DNA from: Camelus ferus
Taxonomy: Eukaryota
Assembly (NCBI RefSeq): GCF_009834535.1
Contig: NC_045696.1
Location: 28,150,001 to 28,214,000, forward strand
Reading direction: 5' to 3'
DNA: 64,000 bases
In this document: positions 12,299 to 25,599 of the stretch, piece after piece
Position numbering within the stretch: position 1 is the stretch's first letter
How the letters are laid out: every line of letters begins with the position of its first letter
Program-made: the position numbers and the translations under genes
Notes under the pieces: model-generated
The model's database searches: none
What the model was told of the DNA's origin: nothing
Seen by the model: only the letters and a program-made list of their open reading frames with translations

Positions 12299-12894
12299 CA
12301 TTCTCTTCTCTCCGTGAGGCAAATAAGACAAAGCAAGAAGAAAGCATTGCAACAAAAGTTGCTAATCAACTAAAAGTGAAAAAAATAAGCAGCAGATTAG
12401 AATTAGTTCAGTGGCTATTCAGGAGAATGTCTTGCCTTTTCTTCCTATAATTCTTCCTCCAATCTATTATAAAAACAATATGTTAACTTTTTTTTCCTTC
12501 AATTTAGTTTTATCATTGCATTTATGAAGTTATAATGTTTGAATTCATGTGTTCCTGATTTAAAACATAATCTGGTGACAGAATGGCTAGATTGGAATAA
12601 CATGTTGTGATAAAAAAGTATTTCAAAATGAAATTCCAAAGTTCAACTCTCATAAATTCAGAATTGGTTAAAGGAACAGTCTATGTAAATTTAAAATAAT
12701 TCTGAATTATCAAATAATTATTTATTCAGCTGTAGAAAGAACAGCGATGATTTAATGAAGTTCCTGACAAACTGAATCGATGTAAATTATAAATATCACT
12801 AGCTGTTAGTCAATACTGTATTTGGATTCTGGCAAAACTGTAAAACTGCCTGTTTTTTCTGATCATCCCCAAATACTTTTACAAAGCCACTAGT

Positions 12895-13390
12895 GCCCTC
12901 CCCAATATATTTGTACCCTAATCCATGGAACCTGTACACATGCTATTTTACATGGAAGACGGACTTTGCAGAGGTGAATAAGGTTAAGGGCTCTGAGGTG
13001 AGGATTTGTTCCCTGGATTATCCAGGTGGCCCTAAAATAATCACACAAATTCTTAGACACAGAGACCTTTTCTCAGCTGAGGTCAGACAGACAGCTGTGA
13101 CGACAGAGGAGAGGACCAGAGAGATGGCGGTATGAAAAGGACTCTGCCTGCTCTACCTGCTGTTGCTGACTTTGAAGCTGGAGGAACAGGGTGTTCAGAA
13201 ACAAGAAAAGGCAAGAAAACAGATTCTCCCCTTGAGCCTCCAGCCAGGAACGCAGCTCTGTCTACACCTTGATCTTAGCCCAGTGAGACTGTGTCAGATT
13301 TCTGACCTACAGAACTCTAAATAATAAATTTGTAGTGCATTAAACCACTAAATCTGTGATATTTTGTCGCAGCAGCAATAGACAAGTACA
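12895..13390 (+). mobile_element. MaLR LTR (MLT1D-like)
   Basis: 'ggactttgcagaggtgaataaggttaagg...ctggattatccaggtggccc...gattctccccttgagcctccag...ttctgacctacagaact...gcagcaatag'. Confidence 0.9.
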
Positions 13391-13669
13391 AATATATCTT
13401 TTCCACTAGGCATGTCTTAACCTGTAATCCCAGTTACCTAGTACTGTTATATCGACCTCCAGCTGAATAGCACTTTTTATCTCAATGTCTCTAAATTTTT
13501 TCTTATTAATTTAATAAATATTCTCCAAATTAGTCAGGTCTCAGATGCCAGGCCCTCAGCGTACTTTTTCATGTCTTTTATTGCATCCAAAACATCCCAA
13601 GCACATGCCTAGTCAATTATAAAATAAATGAATGAGAAGTAAAACAATATTTGGTAATTACATTTTTAA

Positions 13670-13830
13670 GCCAGCATTTTATTTTATTTTATTTTTCTGT
13701 TTGTTTTTGGTGTGTGTGGAGGGGGAGGTAATTAGCTTTATTTATTTTTAGAAGAGGTACTGGGGACTGAACCCAGGACCCCATGCATGCTAAGCATGAA
13801 CTCTATTGCTTGAAATATACTCTCTCCCTC
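13670..13830 (-). mobile_element. Camelid tRNA-derived SINE (Vic-1-like)
   Basis: Reverse strand reads 'ATGCTTAGCATGCATGGGGTCCTGGGTTCAGTCCCCAGTACCTC...CTAATTACCTCCCCC' with a B box and A-rich tail; candidate TSD catttttaa at 13661-13669 and 13831-13839. Confidence 0.9.
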
Positions 13831-13839
13831 CATTTTTAA

Positions 13840-14015
13840 ATAGTTACTATTTACAGGATGTCTACTATGTTCCAGACACTTTATATATGTAACTTCCTAT
13901 TTTCACAGTGAATTGCAAGATGAGTACTATTATAAGAATTGTGGCTTTAAACAGATGTCATTCTCCTTTGTTTAGTAAGAGGATTTAAACACAGGTCTGT
14001 GAATTCCCAACTCTC
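13840..14015 (-). mobile_element. MIR SINE
   Basis: 'ctactatgttccagacacttta...gtactattat...ggatttaaacacaggtctg'. Confidence 0.65.
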
Positions 14016-14884
14016 TTGAGAACCAGTCCTTATACTGTCGAATATTTTTGCATTAATGAGATGATCTCTAACCCAGAGAAATAGCTACCTGGCTATGGAA
14101 TTTCTAAAGCCAGATATATCCACAGCCACAGAACAGAATTTCTGGGAAATCAGTACCATCACCTCCGCCCTTCACAGTCACTACATATTATCTCAATGTT
14201 CCAGATCACAAAGGAAAAAGGCAAAAAAGTCTAACTCTTCAAAACTTATAAAAGAAACAACAGCCCATGATAACAGTAGATAAGGTGTGAAATATTATCC
14301 ATTACATAATAGAATATATAGCATAGATGTACTTTATAGAACACACAGTTTTCTGCATAACAGACATAGAAAGATTTATCTATTTATTTTACAGTAAGGT
14401 ATAATTTGAGGATGGAAAAAAATGTATCCCTACTATTTTAGATAAAAATGTCTAAGTGGAAGAATTTGTTTTCTCATTACAAACAGAACCAAAAAATTAA
14501 CAGATACATTCTATTCTTAAGACCAACTGTGTAGCTGATGTGAATTTAAGGGTCTGGAAACTGTTGTCTTTATTATGGTAACCAGTTTCTCACTAATCCT
14601 AGATATAAGCTAAGCTTTAATAACAAGTACAAAGTTAATTTCTAGGCAAGAACTCCTAGCATTATCATGATTTCAATGGTAACAGGTTCAAATTGTGATA
14701 TTTACTGTATGTTTAAAGTAAATTTTGATGCACATGTTTCTTTTTCAAACCAACCTATGAATCATACATTTGATTGCTCATTCTTAAAAAAAAAAAAAAA
14801 GTATTTTTGTGCCTAGTGTTGTATTAGCCACAGCATATCACAGAGAGAAAATTGTTTCGAGTCTTCCTTCATAGAGGTATCTTC

Positions 14885-15368
14885 TGCTGCTGGAGAATAG
14901 GTTCTTGTCTCGCACAGGAAAGAATTCAAGAGTGAGCCACAGTAAAGTGAGAGTAGATCTACTGAGGGAGATACACCCTCCATAGACAGAGTGCGGGCAG
15001 ACTGAGATGGCGAGAGAGGCAGCCCTGAGTTGTGTGAGTGGTTAGTTTTTATGGGCTGGGTAATTTCATATGATAACAAGTGGGAGGATCATTCCAACTA
15101 TTTTGGGGAATGGGTAGAGATTCCCAGGAATGGGCCCTTCCCACTTCTTGGCCCTTTATGGTCAGTCTGGAAACTGTCATGGTGCCTGTGGGTATGCCAT
15201 TTAGCATGCTGATGTAGTACAATGAGCATATAATGAGGCTCAAGGTCTATGGGAAGTTAAATCTTCCACCATCTTGGGCCAAACTGGTTCTAACCAGTTT
15301 ATGTCTGTCCCCAATGGCTATGTCATTTCTTTTAATGGTTGTGCCCTGCCCCCCTCCCTCCTGTCTCA
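14885..15368 (-). mobile_element. MER41-like ERV1 solo LTR
   Basis: Reverse strand runs TGAGACAGG...CCAAGATGG...CTCATTATATGCT...AGCATGCTAAA...GCACCATGACAGTTT...CTCACTTTACTGTGG...GAATTCTTTCCTGTGCGAGACAAGAACC...CAGCA, collinear with the recalled MER41 consensus; TG..CA ends. Confidence 0.85.
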
Positions 15369-15499
15369 TTGAGGGCATGCAGCCTGCACTCTGTCTATGG
15401 AGTATGTGGTAACATTTTCCACTCTGGGAAACAGACATAATTAAAATTTTTATAGAATTATAGGTTGCTTTTCTAGAGTTAGAGAAAACCTCCTGGCAG

Positions 15500-15890
15500 A
15501 TAGAATCAACTTTATGCCTAAAGAAAAGCAGGAATTATCTAACGGAAAAAAAAATAAGGTTGGGGCGGGAAAGTATTATTGTCATAGAGAGCAACAATAG
15601 TTCAAAATAGAAAGCAAGAGATGCGGTGGTATGTTTAGGAGATATAAAAGGAGCTGTGATTTGTTGAGTATTGAACACAAAGCAGAAGAGGTCCAGAGTC
15701 AAAGCTGGAGAGGTGGGTATAGATCAGAACAAACAGGCTCTGTGAGGCCATGCTTACTTATCCTGAGAGAATGGAGCTATCTTGGAGAAGAAAAAAATAT
15801 ATATCTGAAATTAAAATGACCAAATTTGTTTCTCTACCCTGGCTGAGTGAGAGAATGGTTTTGGTGAAACCAGTTAAGATGCTGAGATGG
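15500..15890 (-). mobile_element. L2 fragment
   Basis: Purine-rich 'aaagctggagaggtggg...aggccatgc...ttatcctgagagaatggagc...gaaaccagttaagatgctg'. Confidence 0.65.
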
Positions 15891-16787
15891 ACAAACAAGT
15901 GGCTAGTAGCCTGCTGGGTGGATTAGTGTCCTGACGTGGGAATAGAATAGCAGCGTTAGTCCTTGAAAGCACTGATCCAGTCACAGGCCCTGTATGCCTC
16001 TTCTAGCAGCTGGATTCCAAAAGAAAGACACAGGAAAGCTGGTCTTCCAAAAGCAGTTTCACTGAAGTACTCACACAGCTTGTCTCCTTAATCAAATACA
16101 TAGAGATGTGCTTTTTGACAGAGTGCAAAATCTAAGGCATGAAATGTAACTTAAACCTCCATTTTGTCAAAGACAGCAAAAAGGACTAAGTAAATGGTGC
16201 CATATTCAGATAGGGTTTCTCAAATCCCATTTGAAGATTATAATTGCCAAGATTTATTTAAGTAAGTGTCAGTGGGTATCTAAATTCCATTATATTTTGT
16301 CAAAACTCAGACAATGTCTTGTTCCTAAAACTTTTGGATCTAGCCAAATTTGGAATTTGAATATCATCTTTAATAAAGAGAAGTTCAGAAGAGAATTAGA
16401 GGCCTAAATTGGATTCGGAAATGAGTATTTTGAACAATTCTATGCAATCACTCAAATACATTAGATTTCCTTAGATTTGCAAAGTCTTTATAAAAAAAAA
16501 AAACTCTCCAGAAATTATAGAATGATGCACACATTCTAGCTAATAAATTATAATAAATATTACTTAGTAGATATATTCATTTTGGTGTCAGGACGTATAT
16601 TCAGCATTAATTTATTATCTTATAAATAATGAATTAGCCAGAGAACAAAAAAATAGCTTATTCACTTATCTCTTTTGTTACCTCCACATTTGTATAACGT
16701 CATTAAAAAGTTTAAGGGATTTTAAAATAGATTTATCAGTGACAGTGATGTGTCTCTTGATAGGTGAAAACGTGGTTTACCACATAC

Positions 16788-16840
16788 CTTGGCCCATCTC
16801 AAGATCAAGCTTTTCTCCTTCTGTCCGAAAATGTTTCAAA
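16788..16840 (-). other. Candidate 53-bp exon (unproven)
   Basis: Reverse strand: atttattttattag|TTTGAA...GCCAAG|gtatgt; purine-rich; frame LKHFRTEGEKLDLEMGQ is open. Confidence 0.2.
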
Positions 16841-17109
16841 CTAATAAAATAAATGGCTCACATTTTCTCCATCAACTTAAAATTAAGAGAAGTGGATGCT
16901 ACTTTCAAATGGTATCCTTAAAATAATGTTTGAAGGGATTATTATTAGTACAGACTTTATCCATTCACCTTAAGCAATGTGCTGTTAGCTGTGGTATCCG
17001 TAAGAACATGTAGTTCATATGAACCAGATCTTCATATTTACAAGTGTTTCACAACATAATCATGAAAATACTTTTTAGAGCATAAAAAAATAAAGAATCC
17101 TTTATAAGA

Positions 17110-17235
17110 AGTATAACCATTCTTTTTTTTTTTCTGAAAAGCAATTTGGTAATAAATATTAAGAGCTTAAAACATTTTATAAACTTTGACTATGTAATTT
17201 TGCTTCTAGGATTCTATCTTATGACAATAATTATA
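17110..17235 (+). mobile_element. L1ME ORF2 3' fragment
   Basis: 'gaaaagcaatttggtaataaatatt...ctttgactatgtaattttgcttctaggattctatc'. Confidence 0.6.
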
Positions 17236-19299
17236 ATAAAAATGTACTTTTCTCTATTTTCCCACTTCTTGAAAGAAAATCAATTACTTTAAAAGCAAAG
17301 GGACAAAAACACATTTTTTGAATTGTAGGACCTTGTCAGTGTACTGATTATCTCCAGGGGAAAGAGGAAGGAGACGGAATCTGAGGCATTCTAGCTATTT
17401 GTTACATTTTGTTCAGAGATTTGAAGCAAATGAGGTAAATTTGAACATCTGATGAATCGTACATGCTGTCTTTTTATTAAAAGTAAAGATCTTTGAAATA
17501 AGACCAATAAAAGACTTTAGCTATGTCTAATGCATAAAAAATCAGTGCATCATTAAACAAATCGACTGAATATGCAAGACATTCAGTGTAACAGCTTGGC
17601 CCTCCTCTGTTTGACTCAAAATTATAAAAACTTTACCTTGAATTCCAAGTTTAATTATACTAATCCAATGTGCACTATTGAAGCTAGTTTAATATACCCC
17701 TTTGAAACAGTGTTCGTTTTCTATTATTCTTTTATTTTATTAATAAAAAAAAAAAAAAACCTCTGAAAGTGCAGAAAATTCCAGCAGCTTGAAAATTGCT
17801 ATTGAACAACCTTAAAGTGATTTGGGGGGATTAAGAGTCAATTAACAAGAAATTACATTTTGAAATATCCCATTACTAAATGTAGAATCTGGAGTGAAAT
17901 ATTCAGCATGTAAAAAAAAACATATAAGGTATTTTGTGCTGTCACTGAGTTCACAACTAAACCACTGTTGGGTAAATAATTTTATTATGGAGAATTTAGT
18001 CTCAAAAAAATTTAAGTGTGTATTGCTGTGGTTTTCCCCTGCTCTATTTATAACAAAAAATAGCATCATTGTATCATTTGAGAAGATATTTGGGTATTTT
18101 TTTTCACTAAAATGTTAATATGTGACGTATATATATTTGTGATATAATGATAATTTGTATCCTTTCTAAAATTTTCAAATCTGTATGTTGGTATAGCCTT
18201 TAACTTTCCCCAAAAGAGAGATTGCCAGTCTTGGGGCAATCCCTTTAGACAATTCCTAAGGCTTTGCATGTTTATTCCCTCCTTGTTCTGGATTCTATTG
18301 CTTTTCCTTATTGCTTACTTGTAATGAGAAGAATCTGGCGTATGGGAATACTAAACAGAAAGCCAATTTTTGTTGCTTATAAGATATAAATAATAAATCT
18401 TACTGTAATAACAGATTATATTTGGGAATTGAGCTATAACTCAGTTTAAGTGAGTGATTTATGTAAACAGAGGATAGAAGGAAAAAAGACATCCATGGCA
18501 ATAAATTTTATATAGCAAATTAGAAACAGCATCTAGGCATCTTTAGTGTTTGCTCCTCAGCACTAATTCAAATGAATGAAAGATAATCCTGGTACCTGAC
18601 ACAGTTTTAACTAAACTGATCTCCCCAAATGGAGCAGAAGTGGGAAAAAATGGCACCGAGATAATCTGCCTCCTCACAAGTCTCTTTCCAGGTTGTACTT
18701 CCTTACACACTGTCAGCACTTCAAGGTGCCAGTGAAACAGACGCATCTGTTGTGGTCTCAAAGAGATTTTCAGATTGAGATCACATAAAGTCATCACTAC
18801 CTCCTAGTGTTTTGAGTGGCAAATTGATAAATTTTGTTTTTCTGAAAATTATTCTTAGGGAATAAAAAAAAAAAAAATCACAGCCAGATATATTGTCCCA
18901 AAAAGGATATTGGGTTCATTTCTTTGGGAAAAGAACCAAGAGGTCTAGTGATAGATAAGCGCTAGAAGGAAGGCAGGGGTAAATGTCCAGAAAACTAAAA
19001 CCTCTCTCGAGCTCTCAGCCTGGTCCATGTGGCTTTCCTTGATGCCGACCATCCAACCAGTCAGAACTGGTGCTAGGCAGGACAATGGACTAGGGCTATT
19101 TCCACCTGAGTGATTAAGAAGAATGATTCCAAATGGCATATAATTCTCATTGCATAATAAAATAAACTTTACAAGTAGTCACTCAAAGATATTTTAAAAG
19201 AATGAATAGCTAAATGAGCTGATGGATGGATGGATCAAGTCATCCCCTGTTTGGAATTTTAGCAATATTAATTAAAGAATTACACAATTTTCAAAAAAA

Positions 19300-20285
19300 A
19301 AAAGATACAGATACCTCCTTCACACATACATATGATGCAAGTAATTCCAAGTGAACTAGGCTGTATTTTGAAATAGTTAAGATACTTTAAGGAGAATAAA
19401 ATAATTCAAACGTTTTGGAACATCTGGAAAGGGAGAATAAATGCCAAAGTATAGGCTATAAGTAATGACAAAAAAGATATGGCTATATAGATTATTCTTA
19501 AAACTAAAAGACTTTAATATGGGAAAACAAATACAAAAGAACAAAAAACACGACCAAAAGATAATATGACAAATATTTGTAAAATTGCATGCCACAAATA
19601 CATGAAGAACTCATATATTAATAACAGAAGTTTAGGAGCCTCATGGATGATGAAATGCAAAGTTCACAAAAAGGAAATATAACCAAGAAACAGAAAGATT
19701 TAATCAGAAACACAAAAATATTTACTCAACAATAAGCTAGTATTTTATTAATTCCTAAAACTTGGAAATAATTATGTCTAATTTTATGGAGGGTGGTCTT
19801 ATTGTAAATATTGTCAACATTTTGTAAAAACCAAACTGATCATACAAGAGCTGAGTTAAATATATACCCATTCCATTTAGTTGCAAAATCTCTATTAACA
19901 AATTAATCAAAAGTATTTCTAAATGAAAATGTTGACTGCAGTATTATTTTAAGTATTAAAATTTGGGAGCCACTTCCATTTCCATCAATTAGGAAATACT
20001 CAATTATACTAATTTCTCTCAAAGGGATCCTATGCAGCTAATTAAACATAGGGATTTTGAAAACTTATGTGACACAATATTCTTTGACACAAGGTTAAAT
20101 TGAAAACGGTATTTCAAAGTATATAGTTTCTGACTACAACTATTTAAAATGTATTTAAAACTATTAATATTAATAGACAAGGGGGAACATACATCAAAAT
20201 TGTAATAACATACCTGGTTAGTTAATGAAGTCATGATTCATTTTTTTCACTCATATTTTTTTCATGTTTTTATTCTTCCTTTATT
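19300..20285 (+). mobile_element. Ancient L1ME ORF2 3' and 3' UTR relic
   Basis: 'atacctccttcacacatac...aattccaagtg', 'aaatatttgtaaa', 'aatgttgactgcagtattattt', 'tccatcaattaggaa'. Confidence 0.6.
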
Positions 20286-21559
20286 ATTGGTTAAAGGAAC
20301 GATCACAGGCAGACAGGGTAGGTAAGGGAGGTAAGCAAACATATACGACAGATGAAAGTTTAATTAGAAGTTAATTCTACATTATTTTTACTGTAGTTTA
20401 GTTCTCCCAAAATATGCTTCTATTGAGAAAACCTAGAGGTTCAACTGTCGGTTTTGTCTGCATCTCCCTGCTGAATTATTTTCCATTTAGTTAACAAAGA
20501 AGTGGATTTGTAGCTAAACTGCCATCAAGTTACTCAATTCAGTCTGAAAGTATTCCTACAGGGGACCAGTACTAACAGAAAGAATTGCTGGCACTATCAA
20601 AATTTTTTGAGGAATTCAAGTGTTTAGTCAGTCAGCGAGAACATTAATAATTTATAAAGTAAATCAGCACATAAAGCAGAAAGAGTTGACTCTCAACCAC
20701 TACAGAATAAATCAAGAAACCTGCTGAGGAGATGTTGACATTGCTGATAAGCTTCAAAATAATCCGTTTTTTAACCTTTCTAAACAGTTTCCATATTTGA
20801 TCACAAAACGAAAGTTTAAGAAAGGACTGTATAATTAGAGCACATCTCCCTGTTCATAACATCAATTATGGACTCTGTACAAAGCCTAATCGTATTCTTT
20901 TTCAAAGAAAAAACATTAGATGGTATTTTTTAATAAGGTTTCTTCTTATTAAAAAGAAGACCATATATCTGTTTAGGTAGGGCAAGAGATGTAACAGAAT
21001 CTAAAATAAAGAGAGAAGTTTGAGTGAGCAAATGCATTTTTAAAGAAAAGTAGTGGCTCAAATTTGAAAAGTTTTAATCGAAATGATAACTTTTTTTTTT
21101 TTTTTTGCCTGAAGCCTAAAAGTAATCCATAGTATGGAAATGCCTGGGATTACCATGGTAATTACCGAACAACATAGCACAGGCATAGGGACTCGCCAAC
21201 TTAGCAATAGAGAATGATTTGTGTGCCATCAAGGTGCCTCTGACAACTCAAAGTCTTGAATTGCCATAAATACAATAACAGTCTAAATCAAATTGAGGCA
21301 TTCATCCATATTTGAACATAAATTTTTCTGGAGAAGGCAATGTATCACATTGTTGAGACACCTCGGATCCTCTCACAGTCCTGTTCTAACGGCAGATTTA
21401 CCAGAGATACAAATCTTGCAATTACCTGGAGTCCATGGATGGGGTCCCAGAGAAAGCCTAAGACAGGGGCTGCTACTTACTCAAAAACATGTCTTCCTTT
21501 CTTTCCTAATTAATGAACTAACCGTTTTTAGCTGACTAACTGGTTGACTACAAAAAAGA

Positions 21560-21936
21560 CTGACTTTCTGAAACTAAGTGCTAGCCCGTGGGCTATCAGT
21601 GGAAGTGAAACCTGTCAGCTTCTGTGAACATTCTTCGAAAGATAGTTGCTATTTGCCTTTAGCTCACTGCTTATGTATCTTTTCTCTACCCTACTGCCTG
21701 GAACCTAGATGCTGCTATTCTAGACAATGATGCTAACGGTGACACCACAGAGATGGAAGAACTCTGGTCTAAAGAGTATGGGTTCCTGAGCAGTTTGCGG
21801 AGCCGAGCCAACATACCAACACTTAGCCTCACATGTGTGGCCATTTACAAAAGATGAAAATACATTTCTGCCTTTTACCTGCCACTGTTATTATGGGTCA
21901 GTGAAATTTACTGCCAAATATGATTCTAACTATTAC
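21560..21936 (+). mobile_element. MaLR/ERVL LTR relic (MLT1J/K-like)
   Basis: 'ctgcctggaacctagatg...gggttcctgagc...gccactgttattatgggtc...gattctaactattac'. Confidence 0.55.
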
Positions 21937-21979
21937 TTTACAGACAAGAAGTCAAGCCTGCACATGTCAGGCGCTTTTA

Positions 21980-22235
21980 GAGATACTCTGCCCAATATGG
22001 TAGCTCCCAGCCACACATGGCCACCTTAGCACTAGAAGAGTGTAGTTAGAATTGAGATGCACTGCAAGGGTTAAAAATACAACATATTTTGAAGACCTGT
22101 AATAAGTTGGATATATTATGTTAAATATACTACTAAAATTAAGTTCACCTAACGTGTGGGGATTTCTTTAATGTGACCGCTAGAGAAATTTTAATTACTT
22201 GTATGGCTTACTTTATATATCAGTTAGGCAGAGCT
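21980..22235. mobile_element. hAT-Charlie MITE (MER33/MER3-like)
   Basis: 'ctgcccaatatggtagctcccagccacacatggccacc...aattgagatgcactgcaag...aaaattaagttcacc...aatgtgaccgctagagaaattttaattac'. Confidence 0.8.
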
Positions 22236-22734
22236 TTTCTAGAGTTTACAAAGCAGATATCTAGACTTCTAACTCCTGAAAGTTTATATATCTAGATATC
22301 TAGACTCCTGCCTCTTGGTTACAGCCTCTCTTTGTCAGACCACACAACCTCTATCATGTGGTAAGGGGTAGAACTGGGTTATGTTGGTAGATGTCATTAG
22401 GATTGAAATTAGCTACGTAAAAAGCATGCCTTCATTTGGTTTAAAAAAGGACCCAAGTCAAAAGGATGTGAATAATTCTAAGAAAATGTGTATTTTCAGC
22501 ACAAGCTGCAGCTGGAATGGTCGGACAATATAATCTTGGAGGATAAGCTCTCCGAGCTGGTAAAATTTTAAGTAATGACAATATCTGGGTGGAAGAAATA
22601 AGTATGGTTTGCTCAAATGGACAGGAGATAAAGATGCTAACACATGATGTGGTCAAGGGATTTATAAAGGCCCAGGTTAACCCATTTTTATGTAATTTAA
22701 TTCTGACAATTTATACTTCATCGCTTCTTTTACT

Positions 22735-23128
22735 TTTTAAAAAATTTTTGTTTTATTGCGGAAAGAATACAACATGAGATCTACCCTCTTAGCAATTTTT
22801 AAGTATAAACACAGTATTGTTGACTACAGGTAAAATGTTGTATAGTAGATCTCTAGAGCTATTTATCTTGCTTAACTAAAACTTCAGGCCCATTGATTGG
22901 TAGTTCCTCATTTCCTTCTTCCCTCAGCAATGATCACTCTATGAATTTGACTATTTTAGATACTCAATATAAGTGGAATCATGCAGTTTTTGTCTTTCTG
23001 TGACTGGCTTATTTCATTTAGCACAATCTCTCAAGGTTCATCCACGTTGTGTATCACAGAATTTCCTTCTTGTTTAGGGTTGAATAATATTCCATGGTAT
23101 GTAAATACTACATTTTCTCTATGCATTC
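22735..23128 (-). mobile_element. L1MA-type LINE-1 3' end
   Basis: 'aacatgagatctaccctcttagcaatttttaagtata...tagatctctagagct...aagtggaatcatgcag...gactggcttatttcatttagca'; degenerate TSD at 22718-22729 and 23129-23140. Confidence 0.9.
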
Positions 23129-23294
23129 TCATTGCCTCTTATTTTCTCCAGCTTAATGCTTATGCTGGATATTTTCTGACCTATTGAAGTCCAATGCTTC
23201 TCTCAATTGCCCCTGCATACCCAGCTACTCTCCCTCGTTTCCAAAACCCATTCCCTCCACTTCCACCTTCAGTCTTGGGTATTGATTATCCTAT

Positions 23295-23486
23295 TAGCCT
23301 TCACACAAACCTAAGAAAAAGGTATTATTGTTATTATTATTATTATCATTATCATCATTATCTCTATTTTAAAAATAAGGAAACCAAGCACAAAAAGACT
23401 GAAAAAAAAAAGTCACCCAAGATCACACATCTAGGAAGCAGCAGAGTCAGATTTCAATCTTTACTGCTTTAACCTCAAGCACTTAA
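23295..23486 (-). mobile_element. MIR SINE with internal (TAT/CAT)n expansion
   Basis: 'tctctattttaaaaataaggaaaccaagcac...cccaagatcacacatctaggaagcagcagagtcagatttcaa'. Confidence 0.8.
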
Positions 23487-25599
23487 TATTTTATGGTCTA
23501 TTGTCCCTGGCATAGTTGCCAATTGTTAGTGACTTCCCAGTATCCATTCTCTATTTTGTTTAACCAAAAGTTCGAATATATTTTGGAATCCCTGTGGATC
23601 TGGGACAGTGAGTCCACTCTTGAAAAGCAGCCCACTCTTGGCTTCTAATTGCAATGATTCTTCCAATAATGAGTGTGTGGCCAAAGGCAGGTCAACAAGG
23701 GTGTCTCTCAGGACTTTTTCTGGGAACAAGATAACAAACTACTCCTTTGCATATGAATTAAGAAGCATGTAACCTTAGGAACCTTATCATCCAGCATCAA
23801 AAAATAAAGAAGATAGAAACAAATAAAGAACTAGCATAAAATTCTAAAGGATCCAAAACCTATGTACTGTGACCTAACTTGAAAACATCTTAAAAGTTGG
23901 ATTTGTATTGTAAATCATCTCCATATTTTAGAACGGAATGCATTTTTCAAAAATCTTAATTGTAATTAATCCCTTTAAATCACTTAAGAATAATCTATTT
24001 CTCTTCTTAAATACAAGATTTAGTCCAATGTGTATTTGAAAAACATTTGAAATAATATTGAATCCCTTAATATAATGCCAAAATGATTAGTTTTATTAAT
24101 TTCTCAGGTTGAGAAATTTATAAATTATCCATATTTTGTACAAAAGCTTATGTTCCTGTAAAAATATGGAACATTATTTAAGAAAAACTACTTTATAATT
24201 ATAATTTACTTGGAAAACTTTAATTTTTAAAAATCTATATGGTCTCTTACATGAGTTACCTTGGAAATAAAATATTTCTTTGATAAATGAGTTTTATGCC
24301 AATTTATGGAAATGAAACAGTAAAGAACATCTTTGAATAATGAAACTTTTAAACTTTTCTTTGTGATAAAACTAGATGACAATTTTACCTAATTCTTTTA
24401 TTTTCAAAGATTATTTAAAGAGTTTCATTGGGCCACTTTGAGATTTTTCCTATACTGTATCAATATGAAAATAATGGAAGATTTAGTATGATATTTTATT
24501 CATAGCTATAATAGAATGTTACGTACATTACAGCTGAAAAGCAAATGCCTTTCTTATGTTATTCAAATTCTTGGTCCAAAGAGAAGCTTTAATAAAGAGA
24601 AATGGACAGATGGTATTTTCAGCAAAAATTTCTATTTTGTACAGTTATATTACTTTGCAGAGTGACATCTGCAATCAATTTTTTTTACTCTTTTATCAAG
24701 CTATAAACCATATCTCCTTTTTGTCATGTTATATTTTGAAAATACTTTTTTTTTTTAATGCTGGGCCAGTCAATACCCTAGTAATTTACATAAAGCACTT
24801 CAAAGCTGTAAGGGGAAAGTTATGAACCTTTATATTGAAGCACACACCCAATCTTTTTTAATGTAAAAGGATAAGAAGTCTATAATCCACAAAATTGATG
24901 TATATAATTAGACTAAACAATGTACAGTACATCAGTGTAGACCAACAGTTAATTTAGGACTGATATATGAGAACCACTGTGTCATGTTAATATGCAACTT
25001 ACCTAATCTCCCTTTTATTTTCAGAGATACGAATTTTTTTCCCCAGAATGGTCTAGCCCATTATACTGTAGCTGAAAAAAAGTAAAATTGTTGAAGACTA
25101 ATTTTTGCAGTTTACATAAGTATACTCTAATATGTAAGCAATAACTATATATTGCAATTTAGAACACACAGAATCAGCAGCAACAAAATTATTTGAGCAA
25201 GTTCGTGGACAAATTGTCTTCACTTGTACATGAGAGGTAATACATGTAAGAGAATAAATTTTAGAAGTATTTTAATTAGACAAGTATTAATGTTTTAGGA
25301 GAACGTTACATTATATACTAACATTAAAATGACATTAATATAATAAATACATCTGAAGAAATGCAAACTATCAATGGGCCAGACATCTATTTTTCCTAGA
25401 TGTTCCAATTCCTTAATAACTAGATTCTGCGCAAAGCACTTTTGCTGGCTTTGCTCACCCATAGGAGTAATGTAATTGTCTAGCAAGCCAGGGAGATGAA
25501 AGGAAAAAGCTAAGACTTAAAACTGGAGCTCTCATTGAAAACACATGCAAAGAAACAGAAAGTGATAAGCACACCTGGGGACAGGGGTCAACAGACATA

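Noticed and set aside
22255..22306. 14-bp palindrome tctagatatctaga and duplicated agatatctagact
   Set aside because: Explained by a small local duplication beside a MITE end; no sign of function
22500..22559. Plus-strand 60-bp exon-like segment (HKLQLEWSDNIILEDKLSEL)
   Set aside because: Short pyrimidine tract, weak donor gtaaaa, phase incompatible with the other plus-strand candidates, peptide unrecognised
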